A DNA stretch of 64,000 bases, taken from assembly GCA_002189035.1 (NCBI GenBank), contig CM007989.1:6634001-6698000 (forward strand), in the 5' to 3' direction. Origin of the DNA: Utricularia gibba (taxonomy: Eukaryota; Plantae; Magnoliophyta). Shown in pieces: positions 11,900-24,370 of this stretch. A program made the position numbers and the translations under genes. Position 1 is the first letter of the stretch. Each line of letters opens with the position of its first letter. Below the pieces are notes generated by a model. That model did no database searches. It worked only from the letters and a program-made list of their open reading frames with translations, and had not been told where the DNA came from.

Positions 11900-12135
11900 A
11901 CCCTGGATTAAGCACACTTAATTTTGAAATTACTATCAAAGATCTTCAACCGTATTTGTGAAAAGGCCCCGTACAATTTTTACATAATAATTATATTTAA
12001 TCTCTTCCTCTACTCTATCCGTAATCCAATGGAATTTACCTAAGTTTGGTTCTGCCATCCTTCATTAGATGGAACCTTACATTTTGAATAATTCTTCAAT
12101 TTGTAACAAGGGTGTTTATGTAATTTTAATCCAAA
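11900..12135. mobile_element. Possible degenerate Mutator-like MITE remnant
   Basis: Left AAAATTACCCTGGATTAA and right AAGGGTGTTTATGTAATTTTAATCC show partial inverted similarity of the kind seen in plant MULE-derived MITE ends. No target-site duplication identified. Confidence 0.2.
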
Positions 12136-13365
12136 ATGTCAATTATAGCATGTATCACTAGTTTAAATTTTGGTCTGAAGTTTTGGATTTTTTTTGAAAT
12201 AGAATATTGTCAAAATAGACAAAATAATAATTCATTACAAGATATGGGATTTATTTTTCAATATTTTTGGATTTTATTTTTAAATTTTTAAAAGTAAAAT
12301 TAAAAGTATTATTTACTTTTGGTATCTATTTTTAGATATTTCATCTAAAAAATGATTTTTAAAGAACACCCACTTTCTACTTCAATACAAAAGTTTCCAT
12401 TTTTATTTTTACTTATAATTGCATTATCATCAATTTTCTACCGTTTAAAAAATGAAAATAAAATTAAATAAACTTGTGTGAATAATATAAATGGAAAAAA
12501 CTCATTACAGTAGATTTTCTGTAGTCTGATTAGCATGCAATAAAGAGATGTCATCGTCTGGGATGCAGATTTTTCTCTTTTGAAAATGTGACTGCAAAAG
12601 GAAGTCATTATCGGAGATGGCGACACTCCATTTAGGAACATCTCATCTTCTACTTGTGATGTTGGGAGTGATTGGAAGGGGATCCGATTGCGGCAATCTG
12701 ATACTGGGCGGGGTACATCTTACCAAAAATCCACTGAAAACTGTGAATCCATGCAGATTTTCAGATCCCGATGAATGAAATCTGATCTTTTTGTGTAACG
12801 ATGATTCTGTGTGATCCCGGTGACCCATCGTCTTCTACCTTAGCCATTCAATGCATAGCGCGTAAAATAATGAAATTATGTGTGAATCGGTTGGGCGGTA
12901 GGCGTGATGTCTTATGGCTATGGGTGCGGACAAAAAATGCACATGTGTCCATGTCGAATCCCTTTATTCAATTCCTGCTCAATGATAAACGAGTTCTCCG
13001 CGTCCACTACAGTTGTCTCTTGAGTTTTCATTGTTCTACTAAGGCGAGTGCATTTGTTTGAAAGCAGCTGAGCTTTCACGTTTCTGCACTTCCCTTTTGG
13101 TTAAAGACGGTCCCTTTGTGGACCTGGAGTCGAATTTTTGAACTGGGTTCTGGAATCTGTTAGCAAAGCTGCGAAAGGTGAGTTCTTGGTTATCCTTTTG
13201 TGGGGTTGTTTGCTTTGAATCGTTTGATATCCCCTACCTTTCAATGTTTGATTGATAGCAGATTGTCACTCCTACTTTTGAGATCCATCTCTGTAATTGA
13301 TGCCAGTTAATGCTCATTGATTTCTGTGTGTAAGGACTAATTGTTACATTTACGATTCAGGAAAT

Positions 13366-15458
13366 ATGAAGGGAAGACTAGAAGCTTGCCTTCTGGTTTT
13401 GATGCTTTTTGTAGTGACAAGTGAGAGCGTTTTCGTTGGTATCACTTATGTTCAGAGTGCTGTAGCAAAAGGAGCAGGTGAAACACGCTGAGACTTCCAA
13501 AAACTTTGTTCAGTGATTGTATTTTCTGATCTCTGTTTTTTTTCCTTGTTTTCAGTTTGTTTGGATGGTAGCCCACCTGCATACCATTTGGATCCGGGCT
13601 CCGGAGCTGGAAGTAACAGTTGGATAGTCCATATAGAGGTTGCTTCTATCATCCCTTTGTTGACATCAGTTTTTGAACTGACTGTTAGAAGTTGAATTCA
13701 TGAGCTTTCACTTTGATCTTTTATTTCTGCTGCTCCTTGTTAAAATAGGGAGGCGGATGGTGCAACAATGTTACAACTTGCCTAGCCCGAAAAGGAACTC
13801 GGTTGGGATCCTCCAAGCAAATGGCTACACAGATTGCTTTTTCTGGGATTTTTAGCAAGCAGGCGCAGTTTAATCCTGGTATCATTCGCATCTCAGTGCC
13901 TTCATTTTCATTTTTTTGCTTGTGGTTCTCTAACTTGAGATTGTATGCCAGATTTCTATAACTGGAACAGGGTCAAGGTTAGATACTGCGATGGAGCATC
14001 TTTCACTGGCGATGTAGAAGCTGTGGATCCTGTAAGCGCTGCAATATTATGCCTTATGTTACAGCTGATGCCTGTGATTTGACATTCTGTCAAGAAAGAT
14101 CGATGACAATTTGTGATTGATGATCAGGCTACTAAACTGTACTATAGAGGGGCAAGGATCTTCAATGCTGTAATCGAGGACTTACTGGAGAAGGGAATGA
14201 AGAGCGCAGAAAATGTTCATTTCTTCCTTTTTCCTCTGCCGTTTCTTTGTCCAAGTGGCTTCAAGAGTGGGAAAAAATAAGAACTCGTTTTGTTTTTTTG
14301 TATAGGCTGTTCTCTCTGGATGCTCAGCTGGTGGATTGACATCGATTCTCCATTGTGATAAGTTCAGAGCTCTTCTTCCCTCGAGCACCAAAGTGAAGTG
14401 CTTTGCAGACGCTGGCTACTTCATCGATGCGTAAGCTTCATGGATCACTACACTTTGTAGAATCCTCTTGTGACATGATCCAGATCTTGTCTGTAAAAAA
14501 CTACAGGAAAGATGTCTCTGGAGCGCCACACATCAGCGATTTCTACAACGACGTCGTAACAACGCATGTAAGGAACCAAGTTTCTTGATGTGTCACGTTC
14601 TCCCACTTCTGATATCTTGTAATGCAGGGATCTGCTAAGAACTTGCCATCAGGGTGCACATCCAGCATGAAACCAGGCCTGGTAAGAGAACTTCGATTAA
14701 CTTCATTGTTTTGGCATTCCCCTGCAAACTTGTTTCCTGATGATTCATTCACCTGTTTGTGCAGTGCCTCTTTCCCCAAAATGTAGTGCAAGGAATCCAA
14801 ACACCCCTTTTCATTGTCAATGCTGCCTACGATTCTTGGCAGGTCAGGGAATGTTTCCATGCAATCCACATTTCGAACATGGCTGCATATATGTTAACAA
14901 ACCTGACTTGAGCCAGATTAAGAACATTCTGGCGCCCGGCGTGGCGGATCCCCATGGCCTCTGGCATGACTGCAAGACCGATATAACCAAGTGCTCTTCT
15001 TCTCAACTACAGACCATGCAAGGTAAAACAAGTTTTACAGAATATCTGTGACTTGCAGCAACATGTGATCTTGAGCTGGATGCTGCTTCTTCAGGCTTCA
15101 GACTGCAGTTTCTGAACGCACTCGGCGCATTAGGCTCCTCGAGTTCGAAAGGCTTTTTCATCAACTCCTGCTACGCACATTGCCAGACAGAAATGCAGGA
15201 AACCTGGTTGAGAAGCGACTCCCCCCTGCTGAATGACAAGGTACCATAGTTTCTGCTGGTTTTTGTGATCCTCAAGCCTTAATCTTTTGAATGTATCTGT
15301 GGTTTGAGCTTCTGGTTGTGTACTCTCAGAGGATCGCAGAAGCAGTTGGGGACTGGTTTTTCGAAAGAAGTTCATTTCAAGGGATCGATTGTGCGTACCC
15401 ATGTGACAGAACTTGCCACAACCGTATTTTTGATCCTCAGGATCACTCTCTTATGTAG
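13366..15458 (+). CDS. PAE: Pectin acetylesterase (PAE/Notum family), multi-exon, with signal peptide
   Basis: Signal peptide [21 protein letters not shown]; motifs [39 protein letters not shown] (catalytic Ser), [16 protein letters not shown] and [10 protein letters not shown]. Stop at 15456-15458. Confidence 0.96.
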
Positions 15459-16523
15459 AGATAAGTGAAGCACACAACAGGAACACACAGGCAGCAAGTG
15501 AATTGTTCATCAAGGCCCCAGAATAAAGCATATGATATGTCTGAACAAGGACATGTATGCTAGTGAATGTGATGTCTTTGCAGATGCAATGCAAGTCATA
15601 CGAAACATTGTAATACTTGTTATGTGGAACATTCCGACATATGTGTTTGTTGTATACATTTTCAACTGCTGATAAAGTTACTAGCCATCGTTATGAACCG
15701 GAATCCGGAATAGCATCAGAGCCACCGCCCGCCTGAACGGATTCTGGGCTTTCACGTACTGGGGTTCAGGCCCGACTTAAATGGTTGAAAGTTGAAACCC
15801 AACATCAATCGGGCTCGAGGGTTTGGTGGCCCTATCCGATTTTGGAAACCTCTCGCATCCACCGTTTCCGTCGCTTGAGGTGGGATCCTCGGAGTTCAAC
15901 GGCTCTGTGTTGTTGTTACCTCTGTCAAGGTAAGCAGAAGAAGACTACGCATGTTGTCAAAGTGTTTTTCTTGAGTGAGGTTTGATGCTGATTAATTTGA
16001 GAATTATATGGCGGAGTGTCCACACTAGGGTTGTGTTGGATGCATTCGCCATGTCATGATTCCTATGCCCATTGATCGTCCGCTTTCTCCCTTCCACCAC
16101 CTGTTTGTTGAAATGCTTTTTTTCTATGGCTGTTGAAATGTGGGCTTCGTTCTGTGATTGAAGATGATAACAATAGGACGCCTATGACTGTTTTCATCAC
16201 TGATTTGGAATGATGGATTCATTGTGTAATAGATTGGACATGTTTCTGGTCTTGGATTACAAGTATATGCCTGATAAAAGAAAGATTTAGAGGAATTACT
16301 ACCTGTTCTTGGTACTCATGCTTTGGATTCATTGATGGCTTTGAAAATGTAGAGAGTAGAGAGTTCTGGAACCAGGTCTTTGAAAGGCATGTTACAGTAG
16401 AGGAAACTATAGCTTTTACCATTTTCAAGGTTTTTTATCTCATAAAAAGGAAACTTGATGAGTTTGATGACCTTGTTTTGTCTCTACATAGCTATGTGTT
16501 AACCAGATAGTTTCACCCATCTG

Positions 16524-16905
16524 ATGGGGCAGTTTTCAGTCACCTCAATGGAAGAAAAGGATGCATCCAAAGCAATGGGCTTCAAGAGCGTGGTAGACGG
16601 TGAGCCTGGCGAAGAAGGTCCTGTGAAGAAAAGGCTCCGCAGAAAGATGAGGCAAATCCCAGACTTCTACTTCCTTCCTCGAAAATCCTTACCGTCTGCT
16701 GCCCTGTACTACGGATCATGGATAGCTGCTGGACTGGGAGCCGGGATGCTGACAGAAGTTTGGATCAAGAAGAAGGTGAAAGGTTCGAGTGAGTTGTTGC
16801 TTTTGAAATGGAGCTGCGTGTGTTTGGTTTCTTGCTTATGACACAAAACCACTGTGGGTTGCAGAGGATGGAGGCGTCATATGGGAGTTCGACAAGCCCA
16901 AGTAG
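16524..16905 (+). CDS. Small plant membrane protein of unknown function (2 coding exons, about 99 aa)
   Basis: RKMRQIPDFYFLPRKSL..YYGSWIAAGLGAGMLTEVWIKKKVK joined by a GT-AG intron to EDGGVIWEFDKPK*. One hydrophobic/Gly-rich helix; the motif resembles a conserved plant family I cannot name. Confidence 0.8.
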
Positions 16906-17189
16906 GTGGATACAAGTTAGCAGGATCACAAGGAACTACTACTCCCACCACTGCACTTCTGCTCATTCTTTTTAGTACACCGTACCAGTGTTTTAAATGG
17001 AAAAAAAATCATGAATTATTTGTAGTTTTATAATTTAAATAGATTCAATAATATTGAACTTTTTTTTGAAAAAATGTTTTTTAATGTTGTTAATATGAAA
17101 CAAATGTTAAATCATGATTTAATTATAATTAGATTGTGATTAAATTGTAATTGAATTATAATTAAATGGGCACTCGGGATATAAATTGT

Positions 17190-17620
17190 TACGATTAATC
17201 TCCAATGTTTAATGAAAAAGATATAAGCAGTTTCTCATTGATATATTTAATTTCCAAATTTTGCGTACTTGTCATATTTAGTTCTTAATTTTTGATGTAA
17301 CAAATATATTTAATCTCCAATCTTTTTTTTCTATTATTTTTTATCCCCATTATTTAAATACCATTTATAATTTATCCTAAGTATATTTGGTCCTCTATTG
17401 TATAATAATTTGATAAAATTGATCCTCATTTTCTCCGACCACCGTCTAGCCGCCGTCGACGACTACCAACATCACCCACCGCTCGTACACCATCGGTCGC
17501 CACCGTGGGTGGACATGGGCAGCCAGCGAACCGGCGGTGGCGATCAATTATAAAGGATTGTGTTGGGAATTAAAATACAAAATTGAAGGATTAATTATAT
17601 CATTTAAATAAAAAATTGAT
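17190..17620. mobile_element. Possible MITE/non-autonomous DNA transposon remnant
   Basis: GC-rich core (17430-17545) flanked by AT-rich arms with TTAATCTCC/TTGGTCCTC/TTGATCCTC motifs on the left and GGATTAA/GGAATTAA on the right. Confidence 0.25.
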
Positions 17621-18114
17621 ATCTGCGTACAATTTTTCCATAATGAAATTTTAATTCTTTTATATATATATATATATTTATTTATTTAAAATTATTTAAA
17701 TTTTATTTAATCGATTCATAGTTCAAAATATATTTCGTTTGGATAAATGTTAAAAATAGAAGGGTAATTTCCCTTAATTAAAGTTCCAAAAAAAATAAAT
17801 AAATAAAGGAAGCGTTGATGCGCGAGAATGCGAATCGTCATCTTCACAATAAAGAAATGCATATTCTTTTATCCACTCCATAGCTGTCGCAGAGAGATTA
17901 TATGAATGCTTTGTTCGAAGGGGGTATGCGGCATCGTGGATAACTCGCGGCAAGCATGCAGCTTGAAGTGTAATAATTGGATGCTAATGTAATGATTTCA
18001 ATTGTTCTGGGAATTGCTTCCCACTTGTGAAAATAGGTAAATGCTTTTATTGGATATGAGATGATGATGTTTAGATCAGATTGGAATAAAGATGGCCGTT
18101 AGAATGAATCGCCA

Positions 18115-21100
18115 ATGAAGGCACTTTCTCCGTCGCTTCGCCTACAAAGTCATATCACTCGCTTCCCTGAGCATTTCGACCACGTATTTGCATCCAAGTT
18201 GCGCTGCAGGCGATCAAAGTACGCTGCTTTATGCCACCCCACATTCACCATTCTTCTCTTCTTGTTCATTTTTTGGTATCCTGCTTGCGTTTTTCTAGTC
18301 TTACCAAAAGTGATTAGTCATCAACAACTGTTTGTGGATGTGGTAATGCTTTTCTAGTGTTAGTGATAGGCTACTTTTTGTTTTGTGTTCGAGAAGTATG
18401 TGTCGCTGCTGCCTTTTTTTTTTTTTTTTTTTTATCTTTTGTTTATGTGTGGTTGATTTACGTTTTCTCGATTTGGTGAAGAAGTACAAGATTTAAGGTG
18501 AGGATGGGCGCTGGAAGATCAACCGAGTCATCGATTACGAGTGACAGTGAAGCGAAGCCACTGGGTTCGGATTCACAGTTTGGGAAAATGGTTTTTCAAC
18601 CCATACTTGAGAAGGGAGTATTTCGCTTTGATTGTTCTGAAGATGATAGAAATAATGCATTCCCAAGTATTTCTTTTGAGAAACCCATTCTTCGGGATTC
18701 CCCTATCGCTGACGCACGTGAAGTTCCTTCTTTCGTTCCAAGTTTCAAAACTGCTAAGGGGCAACAGACAGTTGAGATTAAGGTAAACACGGATCATACT
18801 TGTGTATGCAAGTTTGCTGCTTCTTTTCCTCTTATAAATTTCTTCTCTGTATTCAAGTGGTTGAAACCTTCGAGTTAGTCTTATTTATTCTGCTTGTACT
18901 CCAGTTTCCACCAAATAGCTCATTTTATGGCACTGGAGAAGTCAGTGGGCCGCTTGAGAGGACGGGGAAGAAGGTGAGCTTTGTGTTCTATAGCCGATGG
19001 TTTGCAATATTCATTGTGTATTCAGCAGCTCTTTATTGTGTTAAAGGTTTATACATGGAATACTGATGCATGGGGGTACGGTCCTGGAACTACTTCATTA
19101 TACCAATCACATCCCTGGGTGCTTGTCCTTCTTTCAAGTGGGGAGGCCATAGGTGTTCTTGCTGACACATCTCGACGGTGTGAGGTAATGTGATATCTCA
19201 GTCACGTTGGTTGTGTTGACTTCTGCTCTGATACTTCATAAGCAGATTGATCTGGAGCATGAATCTGTTGTAAAGTTCGTGTCATCTTCCGCATATCCTG
19301 TTATCACTTTTGGCCCATTTTCTTCACCAGTTGATGTACTGGTCTCTTTCTCAAAAGCTGTTGGTAATTTGCTTTCTCCACTTTTCTTATTCCTTCATCT
19401 GTTTAAGCTTTTACTTGGAATTTTTTGGTCATGCGAGTCTTTTTCCTTAGGAACTGTTTTCATGCCTCCAAAATGGTCCCTGGGTTATCATCAATGCCGC
19501 TGGAGCTATACTTCTGATACACGAGTTCTTGAGGTCACACGTGTGTTTTATGCTGTATTATCCCCAAATTTTGCTCTTGTCATGTCTTGGTAAACTTCAC
19601 TCTTTGGCATATGCAGGTTGCAAGAACATTTAGGGAAAAGGGCATACCGTGTGATGTGATATGGATGGATATAGATTATATGGATGGTTTCCGCTGTTTC
19701 ACATTTGACAAGGCATGTTCTATTCTCGGAACCTTGAAGATGTCTCTTCTTTTGTGCGTCAGTTGTTCATATTGCATTATTCAAGTTGAATCTTTTATTT
19801 AAACTTTCCTTGGTTTTCAACTTAGATGATCATCATTCATATTCCAATGCAGTGGCATGCTATGTAATTTCTGAAGTAAGTCATCGTATTGTTTGCAGGA
19901 ACGTTTTTCAGATCCAAAATCCCTTGTAGATGCTCTACATGAGATTGGCTTCAAAGCCATCTGGATGCTTGATCCAGGAATAAAAAATGAAAAAGGATAT
20001 TTTGTCTATGATAGTGGTTCTGAAAGAGATATCTGGATTCAAACTGCTGATGGAAAACCTTTCGTTGGTATATGATAGTTTTTTTTTCTCTTTAAAAAAA
20101 ACACGTCAAAAAAATTGTAGAAAGTCATTGAGAATACAGCATAGTTTCTACTTGTTGCTGTAGTTTTGTCCTTAATCAAGCAAATTATTCAATATTTACA
20201 TTTGCCTTCAGGGGAAGTGTGGCCTGGCCCATGTGTGTTTCCTGATTATACTCAGTCAGCTGCTCGCTCTTGGTGGGCTGGTCTGGTTAAAGACTTCATT
20301 TCGAATGCTGTAGATGGTATATGGAACGACATGAATGAACCTGCTGTTTTTAAGGTGCATTCTGAGTGGTTTAGCTTTTCAAAGTTTTTTTTTTTCCTTT
20401 CTGACAATGACTTTGCCTCAGTCTGTTACAAAAACAATGCCCGAGAGCAACATCCACAAGGGAGATCCTGAACTTGGAGGCCACCAGAAGCATGCGTACT
20501 ACCACAATGTACCTACCAATTTTACTGAAATTCGTCTATTAAGAATTGGCAACAAACCTTTGTCATTGTTGTTATACTAGGATTCTGGTGTACAGCGTTC
20601 CTGTGTCATTCTTTAAAACTTGACTTTCAGGTATATGGTATGCTGATGGCCAGGTCCACATATGAAGGCATGAAACAAGCAAATGAACAGAAACGTCCCT
20701 TCGTTCTTACTCGAGCTGGTTATGTTGGAAGCCAAAGGTATGCTGCAACATGGACTGGAGATAATCTTTCTACTTGGGAGCACCTCCATATGAGTATCGC
20801 CATGGTTATTCAGCTGGTAAGTGTCCAACAAGAATGGATCATCACTTTATACGTGATTCTTCTCATCTGGAAACCATGAGAGGAAAGCCTGGAGAACGTT
20901 GTAGATGAAATGGAGTGAAACCTGCTTCTAGTGGACCATGTTTGTTACATTATGCGAGCATTCTTGGTTGCTAGTCACATTTTTTGATAACCATATTACC
21001 GATATCTATGTACATAAATTTTGTGTATGCTTGAGTTGAATAATCTGATGAGATTAGTGTTTCTCCAGGGGCTGAGTGGCCAGCCATTGGCAGGTCCAGA

Positions 21101-23657
21101 TATTGGTGGTTTTGCTGCTAATGCAACCCCGAAACTTTTTGGAAGGTGGATGGGAGTCGGAGCAATGTTTCCTTTCTGCCGCGGTCATTCTGAGATGGAT
21201 ACCACTGATCATGAACCTTGGTCCTTTGGAGAAGAGGTATGTCTCCATTCCCACATGCTTGGATCTGATGAGAGGCTTTCTAAAGAAACCTTACTCTCTG
21301 GGTTGTTGCCCCTTGTTTTGTAAACAACTTCCCTCTTTTTAACTTTCACATATTCATACAGAGCTGAGTAAAATTGGTATTACTTTGCAGTGTGAGGAAG
21401 TTTGTCGATTAGCACTAAAAAGACGATATCGGCTTCTACACCACATGTACACCCTGTTTTACATTGCTCACAAGCAGGGAATTCCAGTAGTGACTCCCAC
21501 ATTTTTCTCTGGTGTGTTCCCTTGCTTCAAAGATGCATATTTTACTTAGGGGTCAGTGAGATTTATTTTTACATGTTTGTTATCATGGTTGTTTCAGATA
21601 CTCAAGATCTGGAGTTAAGAAAACATGAAAATTCATTTCTCTTGGGTCCACTTCTCGTTTATGCAAGGTTTGAGATCTCTTTCTTGCAGATGGATTCGAG
21701 TATGCTGTATTTTACTTTGTACTGTTGTTTCTTCAGCACCAGAAAAGATCAGGAACTGTATCAAATGCATCATCATTTGCCAAAAGGCATATGGCAGAGT
21801 TTTGATTTTGAAGACTCTCATCCAGTATTGCTTTTTTCTCTAGCTTCTTGCTTTTCACATCATCCCTTGTGTGGATCAACCTACTCTTGTTATCCAGGAT
21901 TTGCCTGCATTATATCTTCGAGGAGGATCCATCATTCCTATCGCCCCCCCTTCTCAAAATGTCAGTGAAGCGAATCCAGAGGATGAGTTACTGCTTCTAG
22001 TTGCACTAGACGATGAGGGTATCTTTCCAACTTCCAGTTTGGTTCCCTCCATTACTCAAAGCAGTCAGTCACCAATGGAGGTTGCATTTCTTGGCTTGAT
22101 AATCCAGGTAAAGCTGAAGGCCTTCTATTCGAAGATGATGGAGATGGATATGAGTTCACCAATGGAGGTTACCTCTTGACAACATATGTTGCTGAAAGGC
22201 AATCCTCTGTAGTGACAGTCAAGGTCTCAAAAAGCGAAGGATCATGGCAGAGACCCAACCGTCGCCTGCATGTTCAGCTTTTGCTGGGAAAATATGCCAA
22301 GGTGAAGATTAGCTGTCCATCTTCTCTTTACTGTTGATTTACACTCATGTTTCTGCTTCTCTTTTCGAGTTTTTCTTCAGGTTGATGCCTGGGGACTGGA
22401 TGGACTCGCAGTGCAAATTCCCTACCCTTCAGAGAATGAGCTCTCTGAGATAGTGAAAAACAGCCAGGAAAGTTTCAGAAACCGTTTAGGTGAAGATCAT
22501 TCTTTTTTCCTGTCCTACTTTGCCGCATCAGTCTTAGTGCCTGAGATCATCCTGTTGATGTGATCACAGGAAATGCGATTCGTATCCCAGACGTCGAGGC
22601 TGATTCTGATAGCAAGGGGACTGAGCTCTCAAAAACACCTATCCCCATCAAAAGCGGAGACTGGGATCTCAAAGTTGTGCCATGGATTGGAGGCAGAGTC
22701 ATCTCCATGGAGCACCTTCCTTCAGGCAACTCGAATTCATCCATCTGTTGTTGTCTCTTTCAAGCTCTGAATCCCAGACGGGTTTTGAACTATGTCCGGA
22801 TGCAGGAACTCAGTGGCTGCACAGCCGTGTCGACATCAATGGCTATGAAGAGTACAGTGGAACGGAGTACCGATCAGCTGGTTGCTCGGAACAGTACACA
22901 GTCATCAAGTATGTATCCAGATTGGATGCTATTATCCGGTACTTTGTATTCGTCTTGATGAGTCTCTGTTGGAAACAGGCGGGATCTGGAGCAGGCCGGA
23001 GAAACGGAATCCGTCGTACTTGAAGGCGATATTGGAGGCGGCCTGATCTTCCAACGGCAGATATGCATACCAAAAGACAACCCCAGCATCCTCCAATTCC
23101 ACTCTGCTATCGTTGCTCGCAACGTCGGCGCCGGATCAGGAGGATTTTCAAGGTCAGGCAGCTCCCTTTCTGTCCATCCTGTTAGCTCTACAGCAGCAGC
23201 AGAATGTTGGTAAAAGTTTTGTTTCTTTTGCTGTGATAAGGTTGGTTTGTTTGCGGGTGCACCCTGTGTTCAATCTCCTGCATCCGACGGAATCATACGT
23301 GTCGTTTACGGCCATCGACGGATCGGAGCAGGAGGTTTGGCCGGAGTCCGGTGCTCAGGCTTCCTTCCAAGGCGATCTCCGGCCAAATGGTACCATCTGT
23401 TTGAGATTGTTCATTGGAAAAGGCCTTCTGGTAAACCTGTTTTTTGAGATGTAGGTGAGTGGAAGCTGGTGGACAAATGCAAGGGAGTGTGTCTAGTGAA
23501 CCGGTTCGAGTCGAGTCAGGTGGAAAAATGTGTTGTTGAGTGGGGAACCGGAACTGTGAACCTGGAGCTCTGGTCCGAGGAACGGCCCGTTTCTCAGCAT
23601 TCCGCGCTTCAAATTTCCCACCACTACGAGGTACTCCCGGTTCAGTCAGCCGTATAG
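18115..23657 (+). CDS. HGL1: GH31 alpha-glucosidase, heteroglycan glucosidase 1-like, multi-exon
   Basis: GEVSGPLERTGK, SLYQSHPWVL, MPPKWSLGYHQCRWSY, DVIWMDIDYMDGFRCFTFD, GIWNDMNEP (nucleophile), YAATWTGDN, GPDIGGF and FCRGHSE, plus a C-terminal extension ending YEVLPVQSAV*. Start 18115 assumes a transit-peptide exon; an internal Met lies at about 18504. Confidence 0.93.
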
Positions 23658-24065
23658 CCCGGCCCAACTCCCTTCTAAACCGTTTTATTGGGATGAACCG
23701 TTTTGGGAACCGGATGTTTTGATTTAGAAATTTAAAATAATGTCTGATTTATGTATTTTATTATATCAATATTTCAAAACTCGTAATAATAAAATTGAAA
23801 TAGAAAGATAAATAATAATTTTAAAATATGATCGTTTAATTAATTACATATTAGAAAGATTTATGATTTAATTAAAATACGTGTTACATATTTCTAATTA
23901 AAAACATGTTTCATATAAGATTTACAATCCAGGGAATTTTTAATGAAATTAAAGTATTCAAATATATGGAAAAAGGTATTAAAAAATAAAAATAATTGTT
24001 GACCAATTTGACTCAGAAATTATATTATAAAAAGGCTTTGGGCATGGCCATAGAATAAGGATAAT

Positions 24066-24108
24066 GGGGCTCAATGGGCCCCGTTGGAGATGGTTGGCCC
24101 GTTGGGCT
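24066..24108 (+). promoter_or_regulatory. Cluster of site II-like (TGGGCY) elements
   Basis: TGGGCC at 24075-24080, GGCCC near 24096 and TGGGCT at 24103-24108, just upstream of the transporter transcription unit. Confidence 0.5.
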
Positions 24109-24370
24109 CTCCGAGGTTTCGTGAGCCCGCCGGTGGAGGTAGTAAATGCGTGTCGCTTTAAGGGGAAGTCTCACCAAATTTTCGTGGCAACCGACAGGAT
24201 CCTGGGTTGTTTGTGAATTCCTATGTTTCTGTAGGTGAGCTTTTGATTTTTGTTTTTTAATTTAGATGGATGTGTTCTTAAATGGGTCATGGATATGTTG
24301 TTTATTTTCGATTGTGTCGATGTTCTTGAAATGAATGTAGTAGCGGATGTGAAGGGAAGCCTGTGCTGAA

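Noticed and set aside
6802-23657. GT4, GT4, PAE and GH31 as a glycan biosynthetic gene cluster
   Set aside because: Predicted compartments differ (secretory membrane, apoplast, cytosol/plastid), unrelated genes are interspersed, and no shared pathway is known.
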